Below the pieces are notes generated by a model. The model was not told the DNA's origin and made no database searches. It saw nothing but the letters and a program-made list of their open reading frames with translations. A DNA stretch of 64,000 bases from the NCBI GenBank assembly GCA_024641335.1, contig JAHEDG010000013.1, positions 156-64,155 on the forward strand, given 5' to 3'. The DNA is from Candidatus Zixiibacteriota bacterium (GTDB taxonomy: Bacteria; Zixibacteria; MSB-5A5; UBA10806). A program made the position numbers and the translations under genes. Numbering within the stretch: position 1 is the first letter of the stretch; the number at the start of each line of letters is the position of its first letter. Shown here piece by piece: positions 62,265 to 64,000 of this stretch.

Positions 62265-63797
62265 ATGACCGTTCAAATAGACGGACAATCGCTGACAATC
62301 GAGAAAGTAGAACAGATAGCTCGGCATAAGGCCGATGTCGCCTACTCTTCGGACGCCAGGGCCAAAATCGACAGGTGCCGCGAGGTGGTGCAGAAGATGG
62401 TCGATTCGGGCAAAGCAATATACGGGGTGACCACCGGTATAGGCGAATTCGCCAAGATCAGGGTCAGCCCGGAGCAGGGAGAACTGCTCCAGAGAAATAT
62501 TATCTATTCCCACGCCGCCGGCACCGGCGATCCTCAACCGGAGGACGTGGTCCGCGGGGCGATGGCGCTACGGGCCAACGTGTTAGCCCGAGGTCATTCC
62601 GGAGTCCGCTACCAGACGGCCGAGATTTTCATCAAAATGCTCAACGCAGGAATCACCCCGCTGGTCTTCGAGAAAGGTTCGGTGGGAACTTCAGGCGACC
62701 TCTCCCCCCTGTCGCAGTTGGCCGAGGTCTGTATCGGCGAAGGCAAGGCCTACTATAAAGGCGAGCTTCTGGACGGCGGCGAGGCATTGAAACGGGCCGG
62801 TATCGAGCCGATCCAACTTTCATTCAAGGAAGGCTTAGGGCTTATCAACGGTTCGCAGATGGTCACTTCTGGCGCGGCCCTGCTTCTTTCCGACGCCCGT
62901 CGGCTTTTGAAGAACGCCTTCATCGCCTCGGCTATGAGTATTGACGCTCTCAAGGGGGTGCCGAGCGCATACCACGAGCTTTTGCACGCTACCCGCCCGT
63001 ACAAAGGACAGAACGCCTCCGCTTATAATCTGCGTAACCTGATGGTTGATTCCGAGATCATCGCCGAGAAATCGGATAAGGTACAGGACGGTTATTCCAT
63101 GCGCTGTACCCCGCAGGTGCAGGGACCGTCCATCGATTGCTGGCATTACGCCAAGGAGCAGGTGGAAATCGAAATGAACTCCACCGCCGATAATCCTCTT
63201 TTCTTCCCCGACGAAGATATTTATCTGGCCGGAGGCAACTTTCACGGGCAGCCGGTCGGTATGGTAATCGATTTTCTCTGCATAGCCATGTCGGAAATCG
63301 CCAACTTATCGGAACGTCATACCAACAGACTCCTTAACCCCGTGCTTTCGGGGCTGCCGGATTTTCTGGTCGAAGGTCAGGGCCTGAATTCCGGGCTGAT
63401 GGTTGCCCAGTATACCGCCGCCGCACTGGTTTCGGAAAACAAGGTACTGTCTCACCCAGCCACAGTAGATTCGATTTCGGTGTCCGCCGATCAGGAAGAT
63501 CATGTGGCTATGGCGCCGGTAGCTATCCGTAAATGTACCGAGATATTGAAAAATGTCGGCGCCGTGCTGGCCATCGAAATGTACTGCGCGGCCCAGGCGT
63601 TTGATTTCAGAAAACCATCGAGACCGGGCAAAGGCGGACGGATAGCTTATGATATAATCCGCAGGCATGTGCCGTTTCTGGAAAAAGACCGGGTGTTGTA
63701 TCCCGATATCAACAAGATCGCCGATCTGGTGAGAAGCAACGCCGTTGTCGACGCGGTGGAAAATGAACTGGGCGAATTGCCGCTGCGGTTGAGTTAG
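62265..63797 (+). CDS. hutH: histidine ammonia-lyase
   Basis: 'YGVTTGIG', HAL specificity 'SHAAG', MIO motif 'GTSGDL', 'KEGLGLING', 'QDGYSMRC', 'GGNFHG', 'QEDHV'. Confidence 0.9.
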   Translation: MTVQIDGQSLTIEKVEQIARHKADVAYSSDARAKIDRCREVVQKMVDSGKAIYGVTTGIGEFAKIRVSPEQGELLQRNIIYSHAAGTGDPQPEDVVRGAMALRANVLARGHSGVRYQTAEIFIKMLNAGITPLVFEKGSVGTSGDLSPLSQLAEVCIGEGKAYYKGELLDGGEALKRAGIEPIQLSFKEGLGLINGSQMVTSGAALLLSDARRLLKNAFIASAMSIDALKGVPSAYHELLHATRPYKGQNASAYNLRNLMVDSEIIAEKSDKVQDGYSMRCTPQVQGPSIDCWHYAKEQVEIEMNSTADNPLFFPDEDIYLAGGNFHGQPVGMVIDFLCIAMSEIANLSERHTNRLLNPVLSGLPDFLVEGQGLNSGLMVAQYTAAALVSENKVLSHPATVDSISVSADQEDHVAMAPVAIRKCTEILKNVGAVLAIEMYCAAQAFDFRKPSRPGKGGRIAYDIIRRHVPFLEKDRVLYPDINKIADLVRSNAVVDAVENELGELPLRLS

Positions 63798-63851
63798 GAG
63801 TTTTATCCGGAGGTAAGATTTTCGACCTCTCGCTAAGGACAGGGCTTGCGC

Positions 63852-63874
63852 GTGCGGTCAAGTCGACCTGACCG
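63852..63874. repeat. solo copy of the rayT-associated GTG-tagged REP
   Basis: GTG-CGGTCAAGTC-GACCTGACCG; first 13 nt identical to the array arm GTGCGGTCAAGTC. Confidence 0.6.
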
Positions 63875-63919
63875 AGACTGAGTTATAGATATCACACGAC
63901 TTGTGGTTAAGGAGCGTAA

Positions 63920-64000
63920 ATGCCAAACGATATATCATTCCCTTTCGAGAAACTAACCCGATTCTGGCTCGACGAGATCCGTCCGCCAATTGAAAAGGCC
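63920..64000 (+). CDS. 5' end of an unidentified gene (runs off the window)
   Basis: AAGGAG RBS then ATG 63920: MPNDISFPFEKLTRFWLDEIRPPIEKA... Confidence 0.6.
   Translation, partial: MPNDISFPFEKLTRFWLDEIRPPIEKA

Overview
Mostly core-chromosome window from a Gram-negative, probably anaerobic FCB-superphylum bacterium. The mix of PorV-like barrel, T9SS-type C-terminal domain, dockerin-like fragment, spoVG, wzi and dciA suggests candidate division Zixibacteria (inference). Housekeeping content: a cusCB-like efflux operon (truncated by the window edge), ridA, a divergent ATP-PEPCK, ferredoxin, ABC-F, aminopeptidase, an M16 peptidase pair, CADD, Dol-P-Man synthase/flippase, gyrA and gyrB (split and divergent), ispE-spoVG, gmd-rmd-nucleotide sugar dehydrogenase-wzi, ychF, lon, glcD-like oxidase, nfsA, tRNA-Ser(GGA), tRNA-Asn(GTT) and hutH. 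Most notable: (1) a RAYT (HUH tyrosine transposase) gene flanked by two directly repeated REP cassettes containing 4x and 2x perfect 27-bp half-REP tandem units, the whole module bracketed by a duplicated sigma70-like promoter, with several REP families dispersed across the window; (2) an AT-rich SAMHD1-like HD dNTPase plus YwgA-like wHTH cassette (candidate defence or TA module); (3) a REP-flanked orphan protein ending in a six-Cys hydrophobic beta-hairpin-like peptide; (4) an unannotated ArfA-like small ORF; (5) a tRNA-Asn with G1-C72 rather than the usual bacterial U1-A72.
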